From Amphiscolops sp. MND2022 (taxonomy: Eukaryota): a DNA stretch of 64,000 nt. Both the position numbers and the translations under genes were made by a program. The stretch covers positions 34,162,001 to 34,226,000 of the forward strand of contig OZ076418.1 of assembly GCA_964187785.1 (NCBI GenBank). The letters run 5' to 3'. This document shows, piece by piece, positions 33,201 through 45,067 of the stretch (position 1 is the stretch's first letter; each line of letters opens with the position of its first letter). Under the pieces are notes generated by a model. It was not told the DNA's origin. It saw only the letters and a list, made by a program, of their open reading frames with translations, and did not search any database.

Positions 33201-35280
33201 TAACAAAGGTTATTACGAAAGTGGAATGAAACACTAGGTAAGCTACGGCATTACAAGAGTCATTATGAAAGTGTAATAAAACATAAAGATGATCACCTTT
33301 TTATACGTTATGCTCAAATATACCATAATCCTATCAATATAAACGCAAATTAATACATTTCAACACAAAATGGTTATCACATTAAGTTCAAGACTTTCTA
33401 GGATTAACGTTGATATAACGTCTCGTTTTTGTTTGGGTTGAAATTTAGTTAAACATAATCGAGTTGATCATAGTTTTAGTTTAGATCTTGCCCTACAGTG
33501 CAGCTTTTCCTACTTATATTCAGATTTCGGGAATATTTTCGCGTTTGACTTTACAGCATCCTTTCCCTAATTATAACTCTAAGATACATATATTCATTAT
33601 AACTGACACATTAAATTGTGACATAGTGTTGACGTACTTATCAAGATTGGGTATAACTTTACAATCTTACAATTTGTGACGTAGCGTCAACGTAGGTCCT
33701 AAGATTAGGTATAGCCGAGCAGCGGTGGCTGACAGAGAGTTAGCAGACAGTGTATGCATCCATTTTTTCCTCTTAGCTGTTCGGCGCTGCTACGGCAACC
33801 TTCTCATTGAACTAAACTCAATTCCTATTGGATTGAGCTCAAATACCTCGACTATGAAGCAACGCAATTGGTTCGTGAAAATAGAAACATCAAGTACACG
33901 CCTAGTCGAGTAACGCTGTCATAACGTTGTGAATATTCGCTTAAACTACTTGGCTGTAACTTAAGTGGGTATTGACTACTACTTCAGTTCTGGAAATTAA
34001 TTCCTTCATACTAATTTGTATGTTTTTTTCATTTTAGATTGTATAAGCTCCGTTGGGATCGCGGAGTTAAATATTACCTTTGTTGTTTCATTTTAGTGTG
34101 GAAAAGAAAGAAATGATCTCATTGTAGAAAATGTTCTCATTTTAATATTTAGATTAGTATGGAAGTTTTAGAAGATGAAAACCGGAAATAGGAAATCAAT
34201 CACACGTGACAATTTTAAACCGGAAGGTTTAGTTCAGATTTTCAAACCTAACTTTGCGTCACCGTTACCTCGACTTGTTCTATTGAAATTCGCAGTTTGT
34301 TTTTTGACTGCACTGTAAGTAAGATCTTTTATCTAACTCAATACATTCGAGAACATCCATGACCTCTTACGATAGATGGACGATGTACTCCGTGTTGGCA
34401 GTAGGTACACCACCCGGGAGCGGTCAGTGACATTTGTCTCATTGCTTTCGTCGCAGTGGCGCACAATATCAATTTGCTCAGTCCCTAGTCCAGATTGTTT
34501 GAACTTTTTACATGCTGCATGGACACATGAAGGGTATTTTTTTTTACAAAACATGGAAAATTCCGGGAGCCTGCAAGGAAACTTTTTGTAGGATTATAAT
34601 ACAGCCTCCTATAGCGGCAAGCGCTGAGCGATTGTACCGTAACAGCAGAATGGAGGAACTGGTACCATGGATATGATCCGGGACAAACCACCATGATATC
34701 AGCTCACTTCTGGATGCTCTCTGGTCTGATACCAGTCTGTAATTGCTAGGAATCACGAGCATTGTGCTTCTTCCCTTCACAACCACCGCGTAGATAGCTT
34801 GTAAAAACAGCAAGGTCATAAATAACTGAAGTTCTTCAGCGGGAATCGGAGTAAATGCAATCAAACAAGAAAATTGCCCTGGAGCATTTTATTAATTACA
34901 CAACAAAGTACACAAATTATGACAACAGAGTCCAGTCCGGCGAAAGCAGTGGATATTCGGGCAGCATAGCACCAGCGCACGAGCTGGGCACTACCGCGGG
35001 CACGGGTACAGTCCTCAGGCTGTCATGATGTTTCCGTGTTTGGCACTGCAAAAACCGAGATTTCCGCGGGCAAACACCGTGGTTTTGGCTCGTTTTTGCT
35101 GGTTTCGCTGCTTACACTTGAAATCGTCTCGTGTTCTTTCGCGGGGCGGCTTGTTCCACCGTCTTTCAGTACTTGCTGTTGACAGGTACTTCACCAAAAT
35201 TATGCTTGGGTGCCACGTCAGTTTTGAACAAATTTTTCAAAAATGGTGCCAATTTTTCGTTGACAATAGATTGCCGTTAC

Positions 35281-35525
35281 ATCCACTATTTGAGTTAAAA
35301 CTGAAAACATTTCCACTCCTTCATCGCAACCATCACTTTGTTTTTACGCGTAAGTTTCTCAAGTACGTACCTCCTGTAATCACCGTTAGTCAAGTAGCGC
35401 GCTTAATATGACGCTATTTTAAACTTATAATGTGAACGAAGTTTATTTGCATCGAAATCGCTGTAAAATTTTTGATGTCACAGCTGCTTTCAAAATTAGA
35501 ATGGAAGTTTAATGAAACCTGCAAA
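35281..35525. repeat. Left copy of an old ~250-bp inverted repeat pair (partner 38378-38627)
   Basis: The reverse complement aligns with the partner through GAAAGCAGCTG, GCAAATAAACTTC, GAGAAACTTACGCGT and AAATAGTGGA; roughly 70-75% identity by eye. Confidence 0.7.
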
Positions 35526-35838
35526 ACTTCGATTACGTTCCAAATAACATAAAAACAAAATTAGTTTCAAATAACAAAAAAAAATGAAATTAGTTTCAAA
35601 TAACATAAAAATAAAACCGAAGACCCGGTTAAACAATCGAACTCACGAATCTTTTTCTGTAATTTTCATACTTTTGTCAGTGAATCTTTTGAATTGTGAA
35701 AGCTTTTGACTACTAAAACTTTCTCTTGAACAATTTTATTATGTTTAGTGAAACTCATTTCATTTTTTTGTTATTTGAAACTAATTTCAGTTTTATGTTA
35801 TTTGCTCTTATGTTATTCGGGAATTCACCGAAACTTTG
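35521..35838. mobile_element. MITE-like ~300-bp fold-back element
   Basis: AAATAACATAAAA..AAATTAGTTTCAAATAACAAAAAAAATGAAAT near 35542 is inverted near 35757-35803; no TSD established. Confidence 0.45.
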
Positions 35839-37391
35839 TATCTCGGAATTGCCGCCAACCAGGGGTAGCATGTTGCATGTCGTTTAAAATATCCTTGTAG
35901 CATACTGCCTAGTTGCACACGTCCTAGAAGCAAGTGTCCCGACATCGTACACATAGTAGTTTCAAGAGTTTACTGCCGCAAATTTTCGTTGAATCACAAT
36001 GTTGACAATGGTCTCAGACTTCGCTCTTTTTAACATTCAACTTCTAAAACGTTTGATGCTTCACGTAATTTGTGATCAAGCGAAGTAATTACAAATTCCT
36101 TCAAATGGCATGCCGTTTTATGGACTTTTTGGTTGGGCAAACAACAAATATTTGCCAGTGTATTGAGTTTCTGCATCGTGAGATTTTGTTAAAAATTCCG
36201 GGTTGCAATAGTTTGTGACGATTAGCTTCATAGTTGAAAAGATAACATTTTTTTGACATCGTGAACAATTCAAAGAAGGAATATCTATGTTTACGCAAAG
36301 TCGACTTCCAGTTCATATTTTCACCTGAAAGGAAAGCATTAATAAAACCGAGAGTAGTACCTGTATCATGTAAGTTCAGAGGAAGAATTTTAACCTTTCT
36401 TATACTCTCAAAAATAAAGGCATTAGAAAACCAAACGGGTTAAAGTGTCATCTTGATCAAGGATCATGTTCCGTGAAAATTGCAGCAAGGAGCAACGTTA
36501 GCGGAATAAAAGTTGTTCCACGAAAATGTCACGGGAGTGCACCATGGAAATGTATAAACATGCTTGTAGCTTCCGAAGATAACAGTTGCCAACTGATTAG
36601 AAGCTGGTGAACAGAAGCGACCTTTCAAGTTTTCAAAAGTCTAAAGTCTATGTCGACAATTTTTTTACTGGAAGGGTCGTGCCAAATTGTTTTTGAAAAA
36701 AAAAACGGAATACGTACCTATCATAGTAGACAAGAAGTGAGGGTAAGGAGCCAAAGTTTAAAAAAACTTCAAGGTCATAACTTTTGACAGAGAAAAAGGT
36801 GAAACTTGCGTCTGAAAATTGAGAAGTAATAGGTTGAACTCGCCTAAACATCTATCAGTTTGCTCTTCATCCATTTATATTTCAATTAAAAACATTGAAA
36901 AAAACATTGCTATTTAGTGTTTTGCGATGTTTATTGTTACTGATAAACATGTATTAATGTTTTGTATGCTTGCTAATGATTCCAAACAGCTTGTATGATT
37001 CACTTCATGCAGTGAATGTCCAGAAAATTGAATTACTGGACTACTCTGGATCGTAAAACAACCCCACAGGTGTCGTTTTTGTTTCTTTGAACTGAAACGA
37101 CCGGGAAAAGTGCAATACTCACAACGTAATACGTTTAGTCACTTTTTACAATAATACTAAAAGGGAAATTCTCCTTCTTCATTGAAATTGTGTTTACTTT
37201 TGGAGATTGATTGGTACAACTGCAGAAATCAGTTTTGCGATTCATGACATTTTCGCTCCTCTCCTATTTTTTTTTACAATAATTTTTGTAATATTTGCAA
37301 GATTTTGATAAAATCACGACTTCCGGAGTTCAATTTTCCAAGCAGCCAAATTAGGATGTTAAATGCCTTGTTCAATGCTCAAATACCTTAC

Positions 37392-37595
37392 CTCCATAGT
37401 CTTTAGCGGTGTCGTTTCGAGGGATCTTCAGTCGTTGAACTAAGTAATTCGGACCATTCGGTTTGTTTTGTTCCACAAAATCATTTAAAAGATTTTCAAC
37501 CTTAACATCTCCTGTAAACTTTATGATATCATCCACGTTTGCATTTCCTTGTAGAATTTCAGGTAGTCTGTCTGGCAGAATTATTAACCGATTTG
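37392..37595 (-). CDS. Probable internal exon of a host gene (204 bp, symmetric phase 1); product unknown
   Basis: Acceptor TTTTTTTTCAG, donor G|GTAAGG, open frame NRLIILPDRLPEILQGNANVDDIIKFTGDVKVENLLNDFVEQNKPNGPNYLVQRLKIPRNDTAKDYG. Confidence 0.6.
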
Positions 37596-38377
37596 CTGAA
37601 AAAAAAACATAATGAAGAGAACTAAGTCAAAAAGCAGCGCTAGAATAAGTGTCGTTAACGAAATGAAAAGAAAATGAGAGATAAAAGCCAAAAACTGGGT
37701 TACCTGCAACAAACATTAATAAAGTCACTGTTGCATTGACATCTTGCACGAGCAGTGAATATACACAACCAGGGCTTAACACTAAATTATTACCTTTCTA
37801 ACTCTATAGCGGACTGTTAATTTTTAGTGATTTGGTCCTGCAATGATCAATCATAGTAATACTTGCCGTTCATTGAAAGTGATATTTTTCTAATCAAGTG
37901 TACACAACCGTCAAAAGATCTATTGAATAATTTGAATTCAATTTGAATAACCACTGGGTAAAGGTTTTTGATTATATTAAACGGCTTAACCCTAAGTGGA
38001 CTATGGTACCATTCCGTACCAGTTAGTTTCTAAAAGCACTAGCCGAAAATATGAAAAAACATCTTGAATAGAATTTTCAAACGATATTACATAGCATTGC
38101 ACGCATTTCACGAAAGTTTCACTTGATGTGTCTAAGATCAAGTAACTAGGACCAAAAAATTTTTTTAAAGATCAGATTTTCACTGTATCCCAGCGATTGT
38201 ATGTGTCGCAGCGGCCCCCTGGTTGAAATTGCTTGAACTTTTTACAACCATTTTGTAGGTTACAAAGATAATTCTTCATGATTTCGAAAAACTTCCAAGA
38301 AAACTTCCATGCAAATAAACTTCACAGATTAAATTTATTTGATCAAGCTGCCTATAAGATGGCAGCATCCTAAATTT

Positions 38378-38627
38378 GGCAGCAGGTTTATTGAACAAGC
38401 AGTTCTAGTTTTGAAAGCAGCTGAGACCTCATCAATTTCACCGTGACTTTATTGCGAATAAACTTCATTCGTATCATAAGTGTCCAATTAGCGCCATATT
38501 CAGCGTGCTATTAGACTAATGGTGATCACAAAAGGTAGGTACTCGAGAAACTTACGCGTTAAAACAAAGTGGTAATTGTTACGTTGAAAAAGAGGTAATT
38601 TTTTTAGTTTTAATTGAAATAGTGGAA
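38378..38627. repeat. Right copy of the ~250-bp inverted repeat pair
   Basis: Aligns with the reverse complement of 35281-35525. Confidence 0.7.
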
Positions 38628-38662
38628 GCTGCTTCGTAATCCTACTCAACTTTCCCTGGATG

Positions 38663-40510
38663 TGTCAAAACCACACAACGTGGCACGATTAACATCATCA
38701 TGTGAATTTTATCCCTATTCATTGGTGTATTTCGTTCAGTACTCGAACTAGTGGAGGTAATTTGATCAGCAAGAGCTTTAATGATTGAGGTCAATTCTCT
38801 GATTCGGTCATTCATTTCCATGAATCTTTGTTCATATCTATATACTTAATGATCTCTTTGAAGATCTAGCAAATTCGCTCTCTCAATGTTGTTAGTTGCA
38901 CCACGTGTGTTACATTCCGGAGTAATGTCACATTCATTATCACTGGAAACTTCCATATTTTCTGGTTCGGTCTGGTTACTCTCAGAGGTTTCTGATCTAG
39001 TAAATACCATTATGACAGAGTTATGCGTTTAAGTTGAATTGAAGATTGAAGAGAATTCAGTAGGAGAATAATGGTTGTTTGAGTAGAGTTGGGCTAAGTT
39101 TTTTTAATGTTGGTTGCAGCTGCACACTGTTCTACAGTAAAGGTTTATGATTACGCGTTTTCACCTGCTATTGAGTTTACCAATGTTGGTCACGTGACCA
39201 AAAACATTGCAGCGTTGAAATGGTGATAATTGGCACCTTGGTTGGTACTTGCACAATTTGCGTCAATATGATGTTGGTGCGTTGCCATCGTTACGTGAAT
39301 CACTAACTAAAACATATGGTTATTTTGAATGAAATAGTTGTTCTAAAGTTGCAAAGAAATTTGTTGATAATAAGTTTTCATTGTTACATGAATGACCGGC
39401 AATAACGAATTGTCTACCATGAATTGAATAATTGCATTACGGATACTACAATGTTGTATGTTGTGGTTGAAACTACCATTGGTTTTACTTCACGCGAACA
39501 TATGGAGAATGTAAGAAATGTGACTACATTGAAATGAGTATGAAAAGTGTCAGCTAATGAGAATTAATGTAAATAAAAATGATTAAGTTTATGTTTTCTT
39601 GAGCAATGTGGTTCACTACAACTCTTTTCCACTTCTTGTACTGTATTACGGTTGTTTGTGTTTCAGTTTCTTCCATTCGTCCTGTGATGTTGTATAGTTA
39701 ACAACATCCTCGTTTGATTTCATCTTGCATGCAGCATGACACTCAGGGTCTTTGAAGAGAAAAGTGGCCTTTGGGGATGGTGAATGGCCATTCGGCTAAA
39801 AGTTTGGTGAAAGAGTGGAGTGACGAGAGTAGTAGTTGGAAGGATTAAATTGACAGCATGCGTTGAGAGAAATCGGAGTGAGGTAGTTATGGTAACCACG
39901 TTAAGAAGGGTTTGCTGAATTCGGTGTTGGAAGAGATTATTTGGCAATCGGTTTCGTGCCAGCAAGTCAGAGAAAGAAAACTTTTACTCGCCACTTCTGC
40001 TACAGTTAATAGTAAGAATATGTGACGAAAGTCGCCATGTCATCCGTCTGTGCACATTGTAAAATTAGAAGAGCAGCTAGTCGGAATTGAGATAACCAAA
40101 ATTAGATTAACGTGGAAGCGTATTTAAATGTTCTGCTGATATTATTTTGCGATAATTTCTAGTAGTCCAGTTCGGGCGCAGCTTACTGTGTTACGGTACT
40201 AATGACCAAGTGGGCTTCCGATTAGGTATTAGTAGCGAATCATTTGCAATTTTTTTTACTTTCCAGGAATTGTTTGTACTTTTGAGGTAGAGAACTTCAG
40301 GTTTTGAATTTGTTTCTTTGTATTTGTTAGGTAGCGTCGTTGCAAGTATAATGCGGGTGATCAGTCCACATGATCGTTAGAAGAAGCTCTGATTCTCAGT
40401 AAACTGCAAACGCCTTTGTTTTCGCAGTTTATATCCTCGATTTGGTTATTTGAGGTTTGATTATTGTTATTTATATGGCGTTGCCATCACGAGAAGGGGT
40501 GTCCCAGACA
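38663..40510 (-). repeat. 3' LTR of element C; right boundary inferred
   Basis: The left end is fixed by alignment to 51003. The right end is inferred from ...GATAC|TGTCTGGG, the same AC|TGTC junction as element A, giving 1848 bp. Confidence 0.6.
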
Positions 40511-41559
40511 GTATCAGATGTTGTCGCTTTAGTTTTCTCAGCAGAAAGTGCGCTGACTGTTTAGCTTTTTGTCGGCGGAGCTAGCTATCCACTCTTTTGG
40601 AAGAATTGCTAGGAGCCGAGAGTACGGTGTCTTGCTGTCGTATTTCTAACAAGTTGAATTCATTGAAAAATGAGGCAGCAAATACTCTGTTGGAAATAGC
40701 CCTATTGAACGAACTCCGTGAGTACTCACTTTTGTTTGTTTCTTTGTTTTTGTCTCCCACTGCCATAAGTGACTGGTTGTTATGTGGTTGAGGGTTCACT
40801 ACAACTATCTTCCTGCTCTGGCTGGTAGTTTACTTCGCTAGTTTTCCTCAGTTCAGTTTGTATCTCAGTGATTTGAAAGATGTAATGGGCATGCTAGCAT
40901 TGAGAACAAGTGTACTCTCCGAGAACTTGTGCACTGGATAACTAATTACTATTTTCTTCGGGTTCGTCAAATAGGATGCCAGCGGAATTACATTCGCTGA
41001 TAGAAGGTATGTAGCGAGAGCTGTCCGAGATTGTGAAGGCAGTTCTGAAGGCAAGTCTCGGGAATCCCGGAACAATGGGCGCAATGTCTGTGGATCCCTT
41101 CATCCAAAACTCATAGACTGCTTTGACCAAAGTAGCAGCCCCCGTTTTTTAATCGATGCTGTGGCAGATAGTGCATCAAAAGTTTTGCGACCAGTTTCTT
41201 TAGGAGTGCCATGCAGTTCTGTGGTTTCTCGTGGGGTGACGTTCACTAGTGTTGGCCATTCATCTCAAGTGGCGTCTGCTTTTGGAGGATTTGGGTATAT
41301 CGTGTCAATTGATGAAGGCGTCACTACATCAACTAAACCTGGTAAAGAAAACTCAGAAGGTCGTGGGAGGGGTTTAGCTTAAGACCTAGCTCAGAGGAAA
41401 GCTACAATTTCAAGGTCGTTTTTTGGGTCCTTTCAGAGTGGACTTTCACTTATTGAGCGTATGATTACTGTTTAGGTTAGATTTTTGTGTGAATTTTTGA
41501 ATCTCAGGTTAGCGGAGAAGGTTGTCATGTTGCAGCTTGTGCGAGAAATGTGAAAACGC

Positions 41560-43700
41560 TGAAGCCGTCGTATTTCGTGTCCGGTGTGGTAGGGACATTT
41601 GTTTGATTCCCACGGCACAAGCGTGTGGTAGACGGGTAAGCCTGTTGCTTGCTATGCAAAGTGGACCTCGGTAGTGTCGGGCGAGGTCTGTCCTCTTTGT
41701 GGAAAAAATGGCGGAGCTTGGAGCAGAAATACCGCATCATGATGCATAAACCCTTGCTCGATAAGGCGTGTAATCCTGTTTTTGCTAACGAGCGGAATCG
41801 ACGGGAGCGGATGACAAAACCTCCAGTGTTTTTGAAACCGCCGCTTGGATTGAGTGTTGAAAAGCGCATAGCAATCGAGGAAGCGAAGGCAACTGCTGGC
41901 GAGCGTCCGAAAATAAATGATGAGAGCGTCTCGTTTCTGTGACTCTGCCAGTTTGCGAGTAGTTTCTGCTAAATATTCCTAATGAATCATGCGGCTGGTG
42001 AAGTCATGGAGTGACAATACGGCTGCAGAGTTGCAATTAGAAGGCCGGGTGTGCGAGTACTACAATCGGACTGTCGTAATTAGAGTAGTGAGCGATAGGA
42101 CTTGGTGGGGAAAAGAATGGTGGACAAAGGTGTGCCAGTGTTGCTGAGTCTGCAGCATGCTTCAGCTATCATACTCTATCAAACCGAGTCGGAGACTTCG
42201 ATCGGGCATGCTCTAGAGCGGCGGTAGGAGTTGTGTGTTTTGGACTGTCTGAGAGTTCGTTTGCCTCAATTACGCCGTGTAAGTAATTTTATATGTGATG
42301 CTTGTGTTTGTTTTACTAAGGCATGATTGGTTGAGAGACTAGCCAATCTGTCGTTTTTGATTCTTTGTCTTTGTCGTTTACTCGAGTCAGTGGAAGCGTT
42401 GCTTGCCTCACTGTGTGCAGAGATCGTTGAATACTGGAATGACCTGGCTGTGTATTTTGGTACTTATAGAACCAAACTTATGTCAGAACTGCGTTTAGTA
42501 TCCACATTAGAAGTACATGTGTTCGATGATGCCATGATGCGTCCTTGCTTTGTTGTGCTGTGGCTCGTTTTGCGTTAGTGTGAATCAGTCGTTTTCGTAC
42601 GGTGTGTATAACTGCAGTTCACTCTCGAGGTGATTTGGTACTTAGTTAGACATTAAAGCCCTACTCAAGTGTTTTGAAGGTTTTCAGTTGTTTAGGCGTG
42701 ATAGTGTATTGACTCGTTTCATGTTATACTTACAGTTGTCGAGACATGGCCGCGGTTGTGCAGTAGCAGTAGGGATAGCAACAAAGTCGCAGAGCGTGCG
42801 CCGTTGCATTTTTTATGCAAGTTGATGGAATTTTGTACACACTGTCAGGTATTCTAGCTGAATCAGAAGTCAATGCTCTCTTGAGACCGTTGGAGCAGGA
42901 TTTTGCGACAGTGGACGACAATCTGTATAAGTTGTATATCGGTCAATACTTTAGATTTGACGTCAGGACTCTGACCCTAATTTTACCGATCGGTACAGAA
43001 ACTGCTAGGTGTAAGAAGTGTGCAGAACAGCAGGATCTTGTCAACGTGGCGCTATTCACCACTTCATCCCTACTCCTTCCGACCGGACTTCGATTCACAA
43101 TGGCTCTGACGATCGAAGTATTGAGGCGCTTGTCGGAACGTGTGCCATCCTTCCAATCCATAGTTCGACTAGTACACAATGACGCTGCTATTACGATCCT
43201 GAGGAAGTACAGAGAGGTGACTCAGTTCTTCAAAAAGAGTGGCTGAGAGTATACCTGCAGTTAATGATGTGATCTCGTTGTGGATCTCCTTCGCGTACTG
43301 GTTGCAATGCCAGGCGTTACAGACAGTCGTCCATGTCTCGTTCGGATTTTCAGTAGTAAAAAATTACACACCGGATTTGGCGCATGAAGTAGATATCGCG
43401 ATTCCAGTGGATACATTAAGGTCAAGTCTTCATAGTATATTGTCCGGAATTAGAATGCTCTTTCACAGGACACACACGCCACAATTTAACCGGTCTGCTA
43501 CGATTGTGATGAATGAGCGATATGCAGGTGACTCGACTGTCCAATGAGTCACGGTCCCTGCCCTGTGATCAACTACTCAAATCGGGACTTGGGAAGCTCT
43601 GGTACGCTGCGACGCTGTGGTGTCTAACGAACGGTCTGGAACACCCGCGAGTTTTGTCAATTATAATTGATCGAGCGTTTGGGCGCAGCTGGCTCTAGTG
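41560..43700 (+). pseudogene. Antisense gene remnant of element C, probably homologous to 15900-20694
   Basis: CLLCKVDLGSVGRGLSSLWKKWRS..EQKYRI (41646 onward) aligns with CPVCQVEL.QKTKGLLEILSHYRT..EHRIR. ORFs 42815-43547 resemble the helical C-terminus. A GTAAGT donor lies at 42279. Confidence 0.5.
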
Positions 43701-45067
43701 GATACCGATTCAACAACTGAAGACAATATAACGTCTAGAGGGAAAAGGCGATTTAGTCAGAAGAAAAGTGTTGAACTGAGGCTTGTTAAAGTTGATTCGA
43801 AGTAACATTACAGCTGTTTTATTCACATGTTTGGATTGACTTATTTACCACTATCATTCATTATTGTAGTTGGATGACGTTGCATAAATTGTAGTATTGC
43901 GTTTTATTTTTTTTTGTAGTATTTACGTTGTTATTCGGCTGAATTTGTGATAATGACGGCGAGATAGTATTCGAATGCAAATCAACCGTTTCGGAACTGA
44001 ATTAAGTTATTTGCCGTGTTAGAAACTCATATCTGTAGTCGAGTGATGTCGTAAAGATACTTTTCGGTTGTGCTTTGGGGTTTGAAACTTGGCTAAATGA
44101 CAATAGCACGAAAGTAACGGTAGTTGCAGTTTGTAGTACTCCCACGTCTATTTTGAATGAATTTGTGTTGCTTACAATACGAAGTATGTGTTTTTATTGA
44201 ATTACATTTACTTGTTGGAAAGACGTGCTATGTATGACTTCATCATCTTTGAAGTGTGTCCTGAGACGTTATCACTCGTGATGTGTGTCATTGACGTCAT
44301 TTGCATGTAATCTTTTTGAGCTGGAGTTTCGTTTATGTCGTCCACTACATTTACATGTGTTTATCTTGTACACGTTTTCTGCGTTTTTTAAAGAGTTTCT
44401 TTGTCTGCTTTGGTAGGTGACGACTGCGTGTTACTGCCTTATCTTTTGATGTTAGTTAGGTTTTTTGGGAAAGATTTTTTGTCGTCACAAAAAACCGTGC
44501 AAAGGTAACTACAAATCTACTATCTAAAGAGTGAGTGTCAATTGATTGACGACGCTCAGCCACACAGTGACGCTTTCGACGACGAGTCCACTCAACTACA
44601 CGATGACTTCGGGCTGGTCGAGTGTAGGTCCAAGTTTTCCGGTGTAACTTCGTGAGAGCGGCTCGTCTATTTGCATGTTTTAATCGAGAACATTTGTCGA
44701 ATAAATGCATTTCGTAGTTACGTGTTATTAACCGATCCATATGGAATTGCAGAGCAGTTTCCTTGAAAGTGCGTGGCTGGTAACTCTTGTGAATTGAATA
44801 ATTTACCAATTCGTTTTCTTGTTAATTACATATACTTCATAATATCAGTTGGTAGTGATATGGTGTATGAATCTGCATTGAATATTGTTTTCTCTCAAAT
44901 CAGTTGCCTGTTGGTAGTTAAAATTGCTCTTCCGGTGATTGTGATTTGTGATGGCATTGAAAGTGAGTCGTCACAGTGAAAATCACACGCGTGCGTTTTG
45001 GTTTCAATGATGACTGCCACTTTGCTTTAGCAAGAGAGTTACTAGCAATAAAAATGTGTGCAAGTAA

